DNA of 64,000 nucleotides from Chrysomallon squamiferum (taxonomy: Eukaryota; Animalia; Mollusca): contig CM022671.1 in assembly GCA_012295275.1 (NCBI GenBank), positions 27,280,001 through 27,344,000 of the forward strand, written 5' to 3'. Positions 13,266 through 25,973 of this stretch are shown in pieces. The translations under genes and the position numbers were made by a program. Position 1 is the stretch's first letter, and each line of letters opens with the position of its first letter. Below the pieces are notes generated by a model. It made no database searches. It saw only the letters and a program-made list of their open reading frames with translations, and was not told where the DNA came from.

Positions 13266-16200
13266 ATAATGTGACTATGATGTTTCAAATGACAGTTAAT
13301 GGAGTATGAAACATTAATACACATGGCCACTGAACCAAACTCTCATTTACTTTTTACCTGTCATTTACTTTTAATAGAGAGACCTACCCCCTCATCTGTA
13401 CATTCATCATCAGACAAAGCATTGTCAAACTGACATAGCCCTAAATAGCAAATAATAAATTTTAAAAATTTCCATTTATTTTTTAAAACATGTTAAAAGA
13501 AAATATATAGAATTATACGAACAAGGAAATTTCCCGAAATTGCATTTAAAATTAAAAATCAAATTAAGTATAAAGGAAAATATACAGAATTATACTGACA
13601 AGAACATATCCCTAATTTGCATTCAAAATTTAGAGAAAAAGAATGTGTATCATTTAATTTTTAAAATACATTATCAAGGAAATTATACAGAATTATACCA
13701 ACAAGATAACAAAGCAGAGTGAGTAGCCAAATGTCTTCATAAATTATGTCTTGTATTTCATAATCAAGGAATTTTAATATCCATTTCATGTTTTGCCCTA
13801 GATTTATGCAAACTGTCAAGCATTTTTTTTTTTTTTTTTGTTAAGCATGAATCATGTTCAATCAGGAAAACAACATGTTCCATGTAAATTTCAATAAATA
13901 ATTATGATTCATCTTTAAAAAAAAAAGAGAAGTCTTTATTAACACAGAAACAATTTTGTTTTAAATTTCAAATCTGATCAATAGTAAATGCAGTCAATTG
14001 TATCCTAGTGGTAATGACTCGAATACATATGTCAACAGCAAAAAAAAAAAAAAAAAAAAAGGAAAGAAAAGGACTTCCAAAATAAAATCCCCCAAAACTG
14101 CAAAAAAAACAACAACAAAAAACTCAACCCCAAATCTTTTTGTATAACTGTTATTACAACTTATAATAATTTTATGTTCAGAAATTTAAAAAATAATTAC
14201 AACTTAATGTTGTTGCTTTTTTTAAAGTAATAATGATGATTATGATGATGATGATGATGATGATGATGAGGTGTTTAATTATTCAGTGGATAAAAGAAAC
14301 TCTGAAAGCAAGTAAAAATTATATGGAAATCAGCAAATTTTCAAAGAGTTAAAATCTAGGTAGATTGAACAAGAATGAACTGAATTTCTAAAAAATCTTA
14401 GTATTAGTGATATTCTGATATCAAACAGTTGCGTTATATAGATGATAAATTGTTCTGTGTCTCTCCAATAAATAAAAATAATAACAGTAACAATGACAAT
14501 GACAGTATAATAACAATAACAGTGATAATTTTAATAGAAACACTGCCATCATCTCTAATGTTATCAGTTCTTGTATCAGGCATACAATACTTTTCAAATT
14601 AATAAAACACAGCCAGTATTGGAGAAAAACTAATTTTGATGCTGGGTCATGTTAGTTCAGGTATTACTTCATAGCTGTGATGTTCATCTGTTACACCAAC
14701 TTTATTAACACATTTCACAGTGAGTGAACTTGCCTGTTTATCAAGCTGTTTATTTGTGTTTATGTGACACAAGAGTTTCAATGATGGACAAGTGCACAGT
14801 TTATTTGATGGCCTCTGTACGTTTTCTGCACACAGAACTCTTTCTTCTTTACATTGTGAGAGTGAGCAAAGCAAGATTATTAATATTTGAATTAATATTT
14901 GCATAATGATTCCAACATTTCAGGTTTTGATGGTTATTACATGATATCTCTATTATAATGATAATATTATGAGGAATCAAACCGTACCAGACTGTGAGGG
15001 TATTCCTGTCAGTTTGAAGCAGTGTATTTTCTACATACTTTCCTCAGGACTAGAAAGTAAATACTGTGGTGCTTAATAAACTAATCATGGGGGAACTTGC
15101 TGGAATTCACAATACAAAATAGTTCCACATATAAAACAGTCCACTCAGAAAAGTCTCTAGTAAAGCTTCAGCCATGAATGTAATTATTTAGTTTCCTTAT
15201 CATTTTTATTTTTTATTTTTTAAATAATAGAAAATTCTTATTATAATGAGTCTATCTCTATATAAGAAGTGACAAAAATCTTTTAAACAATAAGGTGAAT
15301 GGTTTTCTGTTTTCTTTTGTGAAAAATATATGAAGAGTTTTATGTTTGACTGCGCCAGAAATACAGAAAAACAAGCAACCATGTTTTTTAACAAACTAAA
15401 ATCTATATTATCATGGTCAAGATAATTCTGAGAAAAACCAAACATAAAACAGACAAAATGGTCCATGTTAAAACTTCATGTTTTTTAAAACTTAAATAAT
15501 AGAAAAACCTCAGTTCAGTAAAAGGACCTCTGGGTGATATTTAGGAGGGTCCCTGACTTTTAACAAATATTTGTCAAACACAGTTTTCAAACAACTTCAG
15601 GCTCAGGTTCTGTTGTGAGGTGGCTGTTCTGTTTGTGTTGTTCTCAGAAACACACACATAATTCAAAACTTGTTTTGTGTGTTCTGGTGTGTAGGTAAAC
15701 AAGGGGTGTACTTTTCAGTGTCACCTCTAATGTTGAATTCTGAAAAGTTTATATTAATGTGAAAGAGAACACAACATGATTTTATATCTATATTTATATT
15801 TATCTGTGTGTGTGTGTGTGTGTTCACATCTGCATGAATGTGGGTGAGTGTGTATTAATACATAAATGTTGTTGGATGCTGGGGTAATTTCTGAATGATA
15901 TATACAAAAAATGAATACATAAACACAACATTTACAGATTAAGAATTTAATTATTTTTGTTGAGAAATACAAATTTGATCAGGTGACTTACAATGTGTTA
16001 AAAATAGATTATATAACCAAAAAAAAAAAAATAATAAAAAAAAAAAATAAGAAAGAAATCACAGATATAAAAAATTATTGTTAAAAAAATAATTTAAAAA
16101 TAATTAAATAATAAAATTTAAAAAATGTACAACAAGTAAGTACTTATTCAAAAATTTAAATTTAAAAAAAAAAATTAAAATTAAACAAATTATGGTCATG

Positions 16201-17049
16201 ATTTCCTGATGTGAAAACATTCAGACACTGAAAAAAACTTTGTCGGAAATGATAAACTTCACCAATATTTGCACATGGCTAGATTAGCACAAGCAGTGGG
16301 ATTTCATGTGAAAACACAGAGATCAAGATCCACAGACGCAGTGAGACCAGCTTCTGGTGTTGTTCCAGATTTCACATTTTCACATGCAAGGCTAAGACAC
16401 ATGTCACTTCAACAGGTAAAAGTGAAGTGGGCTTTTTCAAAAGAAAAATGTTTGCCAAGCTTTTCTGTGCTCTGAGAAAATGTCCTGACAACCGAATTAC
16501 ACAACTTTCAGCCTAACAAAAGATTTATTTTATGGAGATACAATTTTGTTTCCTTTTTTTGAAAAATAGTTTTAGAAAAAAGAATAATAATCTATATTAA
16601 ATTTTAAATGTTAATAAACATCATTTCATAAAAAAAAATTAAAAAATAAAATAAAAAAGGCACCAGAATTTAAACAAACTTACTCCACAATTTTTTATTT
16701 CAAGCTAAACACAGTCATGACCCAGTTGATTTAAAGCTTTTGCTTTTTTTAAATTATGGAGTATTCACTACCCTGTTTTCTTAAACATTAAAGAAGTAAA
16801 TGAAATGGAAATTATTTTTATTTAAAAAAAAAGAAGAGATAAATAAGCACAGTTATCAAGAGTCTAGTTTTCCTTGATACTAAGAAATGAAACCAATCTG
16901 GAATGTCAAACATTTTTTTATTCACTGAAGCAGTAAAAGAAATGTTACATAAAGAAAATACCATGTCTGAATGTGAAGTTATTAACTGCATGACTTAAGG
17001 ACACTTTAAGAAAGCAGTTATTTTACACAGTGAGTTACTTACTGACTGT

Positions 17050-17680
17050 CACTGATTTGCTTTTGAACATGGATCATGTTTGAAACTGCACAAGTTAAAT
17101 GTCTGCACACTTTGACACAGCAATACCCCAAGGTACTGATACTGATAGGTTGTCATACTGTTTATATACTTTTAGATTTGCTTTCAAACATTAAATAAAA
17201 GAAGTGGATTGTGTGGTATGAAGGAACAACCATGTTTGAAATCAGATGTCAAAATTTGAGAAAGCATTTATTATTTTATACACAGATATACTGATAGGCA
17301 TGGATACTGTTCATCGACTTCTCGATTTGCTTACAAAACATTAAACTAAAAAAAATGATTGTGTTATATAAACAAACAACTATGTCTAAAACTACAAGTA
17401 TCATATGGTTGAAGAAAGTAATTGTTTGAGACATTACTTTACTCAGAGGCAGTGATATTGTTACAGACTTCAACATTTGCTTTCAAAGTTAAAGAAATGG
17501 ATCATGGGGTATAAATAACCAACAAATTCTTGAAACTGCAACTGGTGACATTTTTTGACAGAAACTTGTTATATCAGACTTTCAGAAGCATTTGTGACAT
17601 TGAAGAAACAGAATAAGCAGATTGTGGTATATAAAGAAACCACATGCACAGTCAAATGCCCTGCATTCTATGACACTAAA
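17050..17680. repeat. Degenerate ~130-150-bp tandem repeat, 4-5 copies
   Basis: Recurrent ATTTGCTTTCAAA...GGATTGTG..GTAT.AA..AACAAC.ATGT.TGAAACTGCA. Confidence 0.55.
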
Positions 17681-18529
17681 AGAAAAGAAACCCACAAACT
17701 TTCAGACATGTTTTTATTTATTTTTTATTATAACTTGATATCATCACTATATTATTTCAGCTGTTACTGAAAGCAACATTTACATGTGAAAAGCTTGGAT
17801 CTGTTCAAGAAAGGAAAAAAGACATGTAATTTGATCTAAGTAACATAGTAATCCTTCCTAAGATCTTTTGCATATAAATGCAATATTCATAAGATATGAA
17901 AAATAATTTTAAACATTGGTAATGGATCTGGAGTCAGTGATAAAGGAAAGAGAAGAGAAGCAAGGCTGGGAAGTGTTTTGAATGTCAAGTTAAATTACTA
18001 AGCAAAAGTACAAATCTTTGTATGATATAAATACAATATTCATATGACAACAAAATATTGTTTTTTTTTTAACTTTGTGATCACTCAGAAAGAAGTAATG
18101 GGAGCCAAAGTCTTTAAAATTGATTAACATGAAAAAAAAAAAAAAGGAAAATTAAGATGGAACAAAAACCATGAATCTTTGGCTAAAATGAATATAATAT
18201 TAATACAGAACATTTTTTCAAAAATCTCATTTTGTGATCAATTTTTATGACTTTCTTTGGAAAGTCTTAATTAAAAAAAATAAAAAAAAGGATAAATAAA
18301 TAAAAAAAATAAAAAAATAAAATAATCATAGAACAAAAGCATATACAAAATTTGTTTTGGTTCAGATGACTTGGTGAGACTGTATAATTTTCAAGTATAT
18401 ATTTGTCCCAGTATAAAAGCTTGAATCCTTCAATTAAGAGGTCATTAATTAAAACAACAGTCAACAAATCTAAATGTACATTAGATATTTGTGATGCATA
18501 ACACAAAACAATGGCTGCTTAAAAAGAGT

Positions 18530-18692
18530 ATTTCAATGAAGTGTTTGTTCAGTTTTTCCCTTAAGTGTATACCTGTTATTACCCTGACAGAATATAGCCA
18601 ACATTTCCCTTAAGTGTTTGTCTGTTGTTTCCCTAAAGTGCTTTGCCATCATTTCTCTGCAGTACTTTGCCTTATTTCCCTGAAGCATTTAG
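18530..18692. repeat. Degenerate ~24-bp minisatellite
   Basis: Recurrent TTTCCCT(T/G)AAGTG..TTG unit, about 7 copies. Confidence 0.6.
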
Positions 18693-21600
18693 TTAAAGCC
18701 TCAGCTTTGTTAACTGTTTCTCAAAGGGACTGTCCAGAATTATCTATTTGAAAGAAACTCAGATGCTAATGACCAAATTCCATCACAGATGCCTGTACAG
18801 GTATTTCAGGGAAAGGAGCAAGATAAGTAATGTCTTCAGATGTTGAGTGGGTGCGATACAATTAATTGTATTTACACACAGGATTATGTAAAATTTGTTT
18901 TAACTGCATAATTGAAAGTTATTTTACATTCAGCTGCAAAAACATATCTTTCTGTAATTTAAATGAAAAAAACCCTGATTTACAATAATGTATTATTAAA
19001 TTCCTAATGAGCTCATAATAGGTGTGTGCATGTATGTATGGGTTTGTGCTAAAAACTGACTAGATATCCAGAGGACATGGTAGAACAAATTGTTCAATTA
19101 ACAAATAAACAAACACAAATACACATGGAAACATATAATCATCTCTTCACTGTAATCATAGAAATATAATGCCATTGAATCTAAAGAAAAGAAAATTAAT
19201 ATTCTTTCATGTTATTCATATGTTTATGTTACTTAAATAACAGAAATGGTGACCAAACTGACCATTATGAAGACAAAGCACTCTATCCTGCTAGAAAGTT
19301 TTCACAGCTGATACTAAGCAGACATATTTATAGTTAAGGCTGGGACAAAGTTTTGTATTACATTTCTCTGTTTCAGTCATAAAGCTCAGTAACAAATGTG
19401 ACAAAGTCTTTTATTTTTTAAGAAAAGTGGCTGAATCAACACTGGAGAATAAAGACTGTAAATATTTTTGCAGTTGTCTGCCATGTCATTGTTGGGGAAC
19501 TAATGCTCAAAACACAACAAGAGATTTTCTTGTGCATGTAAAAACTTGCTGAATTGTTGATAAATACCTGCGACTGTAAGTTTATTGCTCTACTGCTTCT
19601 TGTTCCTTGCATGTCTGCTGTTTGTGTTATTTTATAGGAGGACTAGGTAGTGACAAATTATCAGTGTAATAAAATTATATGTAACAAAGAAGCAAGAATT
19701 AAAGAAAAAAAAGAAAATGAGTGTTTATTTAATGATGTACTCAGTACAGCCTTAATATATGCAAATATCAGGTGTTTAATGAGTAATTTTTTCAATTAGA
19801 AGAAAGGTATCTGTCATATGCACTTTCATTGGGCATGTCAAAAAGAATCTATACTGGAACAGAAAATTTTCAAATTTTTCAAGCTTAAGCATATTTCTCT
19901 TTGGTGTATAAAAACAAGAAGAATGACTGTGAATTTGAATATCAATTAATAATAAATTCAGAGAAGATCTAAAATTTCAGAAAAGGAGGTTTATGTACTT
20001 TGCAGATGAAATTAATTTAAATGTAAACAAAAAAACAATAAATAACAGTGGTTTACTCAAAACAGAGGTCTATACACAGTGTCTGTATTTCTGATTCCAG
20101 ATATGTAACACATAATTTACTCCATGAACCCAAATGAACATAATCCATTTTTAATAAGAAACTTAAGACTGGAAAGAAAATTACCTTACATAAATTATAA
20201 ATCACCACATCAAAACCAGCAGTAATAATTAACACCAAATTATTTATTCAAGATGTAAGGAGTATTCTTTTACTCTCATAAATATCATATTATTTGTATG
20301 AAATGAGCAATTTTAGAACTTGAAAAATATCTCCATAATTAACCCACCAAATTATTTATGAAAACTCAGTAAAGTTTCTCATAATTATCAATTACTTGTA
20401 CAAAAAAAAAGAAGGTTATTTTAGGAATTCAAAAATCTCCACACAATTAACATGTCAAAACAAATTATTAATAAGAAGTGAGTAATTTTAGAACTTACAG
20501 AATATTTCTAAAGCAATGTTCTGCATGCTCAAGCACACAGTCAAGTTTCAGAATCATTTTTTTTGTCATTTCTCAAATTCCCACCCCGTAAACACAACCT
20601 CCTAGAAATGTATCATCATCTGGTGATGGTGGGATGATACAGAGGGGGGGCAGCAGTGGGCATGGATACAAAGAGTGGTGTGAGCAGACGTGGAGAAAAT
20701 AAACCTGTGTTTTATTAAAACTGTCTTTGTGTTCATGTTGGCTTTGAGCGCACACCAAGAGAAATTATTACCAAGGCATGAAAGAAGGAATTAATCTACA
20801 CTGTCAATAATGCATATTAGCCATCCTTTGTTGGCCTCAGCTCACTGACACTGCTCCAGCGACCCGTGAACAAAGATCTGGATGCTAGGCGCACAGTGCT
20901 TTTTTTTGAGAACTGTCATATTTCTGATATAAGCAAAAGATCTGCTGATAACAACGTCCATCCAAACACAGTTACTTAAAGTGGAAAGACAGTGTCCCAG
21001 GCGACAGTATTAGTTATGGTACAGAGAATCAAAGTGGTTTGTCAGTGCAAAGGTTGTGTCATCAGATTTAAATGCTAAATGTCTTCTTTTCATTCCAGAT
21101 TTGCTTGGTAACACTTTAAACATAGATATTGTAACTGACAGGTTGTAGGTGTCAATTAATTTATACGTTTGATAACCTTAGATAAAAATCAACTGCTTAT
21201 GTGTTTGTAAATTAATTTTCCAGTAGTGGAACATTGTTGGCAATTTTCCAGCTGAATACAAATTCAAGCTAATGAATTGCTGTAATGTAAAGCTATGACA
21301 TAAGAGGAATGGTGGATACTGTGTGCCAGGTACTAAACTATCTAATATGATGAACAAACTTTCCATGTAAATTTTACTTGTAGATGGTCAAAAACAGTAA
21401 ATGTTTTTAATCAATATATATATATATATATGAGGAAGAATAGATCAGAAAGAATTTTCATGTTATGAATCAATACCATTCACCTCTGAATAACCCTGTA
21501 TAATTTCTTTCATATCAATCTTGTAATATATGCAGGTGAAGTCAAAACACAGACTTGTAAAAATCATGCTTGAAATTAGAATCTTAAATGTTTACTGAAA

Positions 21601-22230
21601 AACAACAAACACACATATATATGTGTGTGTTTATATTTATACACACACACACACACCCTGCTACTATAAGGTAAGACCCAAACTGTAATGAGATTTTTCT
21701 GATTCCCTGTGTTATGATATGTTTTCATTTGATACCTGCATGTGTATAATTTTCCAGACTGACACATTGGATATGGAAAAATAAAGTTTCATTACAAAAA
21801 CATGTAGCTTCGGCACGTTATATTAAACCCTGTAAATTTATATAAAATAAAGGAGATTAATACAAAAATATTGATAATCATGTTTTTGTATGTAGGCAAG
21901 GTGACCTGAAATATTAACAACTTTTTTTTTTTTTTTTCCATTCCAAGCTTTCACTTCTTTTTTTTGTTTTTTTGTTATAAAACATACTGAAATAATGCAC
22001 ATTATCTGAAAAATCTAAGATTTTGTTTCAGTTACCTTCAACAGTAAGCATTATCCTATTTGCTGAGAAAGTTTTAGACAGGTGCAAAAATATCAGCTAA
22101 CAAGAATATGTTATGAAACGGCTAACATGTTGTTGTTTTTTGTCCAGTGAAATAGAGTTATGTAATTTAAAAACACTTGTCACCTAATTGTTTTGTCTTT
22201 TATTTATTTTCTCAGTTTTACCATCCAAGA

Positions 22231-22263
<33 letters not shown>

Positions 22264-22519
22264 TTTATCTCAAAAGTGTTAAAGTTTAAGTATCCACTGG
22301 CAAAATCATGAAAATGACAAATTTGTTTGGTCCTAAAACACTTACTAAAGAAACTTAGACAACTTTATGAAATGTACAATAAATTTAGCTAAATCAAAAA
22401 TAGGATGAATTAGCATTAAATTTATCTTCAGATATTTTAATTAACAGTTTTGATTGACTGTGTATTATAGTGGGTAATATGAGATATAATAATAATAATA
22501 AATAGTTGTTGTTAAATCT

Positions 22520-23340
22520 GAATAACGATTAACAAAATCGCCGATAACAAATACTCGCATATTAAAATAACTGTGTTGTAAAAACGTAATCATGCAAACC
22601 ACATTCATAGGTGTATATATAATACGATTTCACCCCCCGCTGATTGACAAGTATTAAGTGATCAATGAACTCGATTCACTGTAATTATATTGCATGTAAT
22701 ACTGAACTTACCTTGTCCGATTTTTTTCCACGTAACGCCACATCCATCACAGGTAATTCCAAACAAATCCAGGTATATATCCGTGGGAAGTTGTATCCCA
22801 AAATTTAATCCTCATATTTTTTATTAAAAAAAAATAAATAATAATAATGCTACCTACACAGTGTACATTTATCTTTACCCTGAAAATACCTATTTAGCCT
22901 GCCGCCATGTTGTGCACTGATCTGTAACAACAACACAAACGTTTTAAGTAACTTTACTACACATCAGACACCGACTCTTGTCTGAATTTTATGATGTCAC
23001 AGGTGATACGGTAAATTCCCAAACTTCACATATACGTAAGAATTTGCATACTGGTAAATATCCAATAAAGACCGTAAATTTGGCCTGTTCCGTTGACAGG
23101 AGATCCTTATGAGGCGGTTCGGCTGTAAACGATAAGCAAAGCGGCGTGCTTGCGCTCACCTGTGTCGCGAGTCACTTCAAAGAGTGCAGGTGAGAAAACA
23201 GGGGAGATAACTCTTATTGCAAAAATTGGCACCAACCCAAGGCATCTCGTCAAAACGTCGATTGTCCGGTTCGAAGGTTTCGTTGAATGTCGTTGAAATA
23301 GTTCCAGATAAGGGAATTCAGAGCGACTCTTTCCTAATAT
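22520..23340 (-). promoter_or_regulatory. CpG-retaining promoter/5' region with YY1-like motif
   Basis: Visible rise in CG dinucleotides and GC content relative to 1-22.4 kb. AACATGGCGGC on the minus strand at 22901-22911 resembles the YY1 motif, ~190 bp upstream of the strong donor at 22711. Confidence 0.5.
22712..22747 (-). CDS. Putative first coding exon of an unidentified gene extending leftward out of the window
   Basis: Consensus donor AAG|GTAAGT at 22712/22711. ATG at 22747 gives MDVALRGKKSDK (phase 0); ATG at 22743 gives MWRYVEKNRT (phase 2). It lies at the edge of a CpG-retaining segment, with CpG-poor intron-like DNA downstream. Product not identifiable. Confidence 0.45.
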
Positions 23341-23409
23341 AATAAAATAAAATATTCATTTTAGATTTTTCAGTTTTTGTTTAAAATCGTTATTATTACT
23401 GTTTGTTTA

Positions 23410-23414
<5 letters not shown>

Positions 23415-23493
<79 letters not shown>
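23415..23493. repeat. Compound (TC)n(TTA)n microsatellite
   Basis: Direct reading. Confidence 0.95.
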
Positions 23494-23494
<1 letters not shown>

Positions 23495-25973
23495 TCCTTT
23501 TTTAGTAATGAAACGTATATCTTAACAGTTACATCAGCTATAAAGATGGCATCCTCTTTTTTTGGATCCGTTTTTGATTATTATTTATTGTTATTGATAG
23601 ATTTGCCAATTTTCACCGTTTAACTTACTTTTCTGAAAACAAATATTTGTGTCACTAATAAAACGTTTAAGATATAGTTATATATTTCTATGTAATATTT
23701 ATGATGTTCTTTTATTTCGTTCCTTCTTCTTTTCGTAAAATATATGCAGAAAATGTCACTTATCTGCATCTGAAATTACAGAATAGGCTAATTCTTCATG
23801 GACACACGTTAATTCTGTAAAAAAAAAAAATGTGACCTAATGTATATTATTATATCTATCGAACATGTGTTTGCGTAAATTCCTAAATGCACTGTCGACA
23901 ATTTTTTTTTAATTATTATTATTTTTTTTGTTTTGTTTAACGCGTATTATTGGGTATCCAGCAGACATTAGAACAGCCTACTATTTTTAAATTCACCAAG
24001 CCCCAAAATACGCAGTATATATATTATAACATTTTAGAAAAAAAAAAGATAAAATTCAATTAAATTCGATTCAGCATTTTAATAGCAAATGCGTAAAACT
24101 TAATAATAATATTTACCTGTACTTAATTTTTATCCAGTTTTCTTCTTATTATTATTTTTATTATCATCATCATCATCATTTTTATTATTATTTTAAAAGT
24201 GGAAATCACCTGTATCAGCATGAAAGTACTTGCTGTTGTTGTTGTTGTTGTTGGTGATTATAAAGGTTTTGTATACCAGTTTAATGTTAGAATATTATTA
24301 CTGAACCAGAGTATATTATTGCATTAGCTTAGTTGTTTTTCTTTCATTTCTGATTTAAAACACTACGAAACCATTTAAAAAAAAAAAAAAAAAAAAAATC
24401 AAATTGTCTCATAATGATGGTGACGACAGTATGTTGACCTGTCTGTATTTTTAAATTATTATTATTTATTATTTTATTTATTTTTAATTAATATAATTTA
24501 GTTTAATTTTATTTGTATTTATTTAATTGTAGCAAGTTAATCTGAATCCAGATTTATTCATTTTGCTAATAAAGACAAAAAAAAAAAAACAAAAGTCGTG
24601 TCTCTCTTTACGTTTACTTGGTCTGTAAGAAGCACGCTCTCGATACAAACAAACTTCAGTGTTCTTTTCGTCTCCTGTTGAAAACCCTTGTTTGGATTTC
24701 AGGATAAACAAATCGATTCCTTGAAATTCGAGTTCACTAAGTTTTCGGTGCACGTATCGACGTAAAGTTTCACGATAAAAACTGACAAAGGACTTTATAC
24801 CGAAGGTCATAAAACCTGTTTTATCCGAATTGCATGCGATTTTTTTCAAGAATGTTTATCTATATAACATTAATTTTGATAAGAGTTTATACAAAAATTA
24901 ATTAATCTTTACATATAAAGATAAATTATAATTTATAAGAAACTAATGTATGGTGAAAGTTATTATTAATGTAGTCACTTGTTTACAGATCATCAACAGC
25001 ATGTACCTAGACTTATCCTTTTGGATTCACCAGCGTTGTTTGTCAGTATGAATTATAAGTAAATTTTAGAATATGTTATTTCTTTTAATTAAGCCATTCG
25101 CTGATAAAATATTCCTAAAATAGTTGAGATCGTCTTGATTTATGGCTTTCTGAAACACATTTGTTAATTTTAATGAACCTAACAGACTGAGTGTATCATT
25201 CACATTCGTCATATCCTCAGTCTGTGAAGAGTTTTGTTTTTCAGTCTGTGTACAAATACGAATGATAATGTGGATCATGTACGACTCGCTGCAAGCTTCT
25301 TGTTCAGTTGCCATATAAAAGATAATAGTTCAGATTCAAATATAACATTTGAAGTACATGTATATCAAATTATTTAGTTTACTTGTTTAAACCACTGCGT
25401 TAGTATTATATAAAATATTTGACCACTTAATTGTAAAAAACAAAAAACTACAGTAGATCAACAATTTTTATTAATTAAAAATAACATTTTCTAAGTATAA
25501 TGTATAATACAATTTTGTAACAGTCACAATATTAAATATAATACAAGTTTTATTACATTATTTAAGAACAGGTTCTACATAGAACATCCAGATATATCTG
25601 TATGTATGTATGTACATGTGTTTGTGAGTGTGTCTATACATTATATGTACATTTTATAACCTTAATCTCTCATCATAAGAAAAACACCAGCTTTTCAGAT
25701 GTCAGATGTCATTAATGCTGAATTTGATCAAACTCAAACTACAACCATCTTGATGATTTGATTACAAATAACATATCTTGTCATGAGTAACTTGTACTCC
25801 AAGTGTTGCCTAGAACATTTTCATTAACAAGCTACATTAGATCTTTCTACACAGAGCTCATGTTACTAACAAATGTGACTATTATATGGTGAATATGGTA
25901 ACTGTATCATGCTTGATTAGATATCTATTATTTAAAAAAAAGAGAGAAAAAAAGAAGAATTAAAATTAAAATC

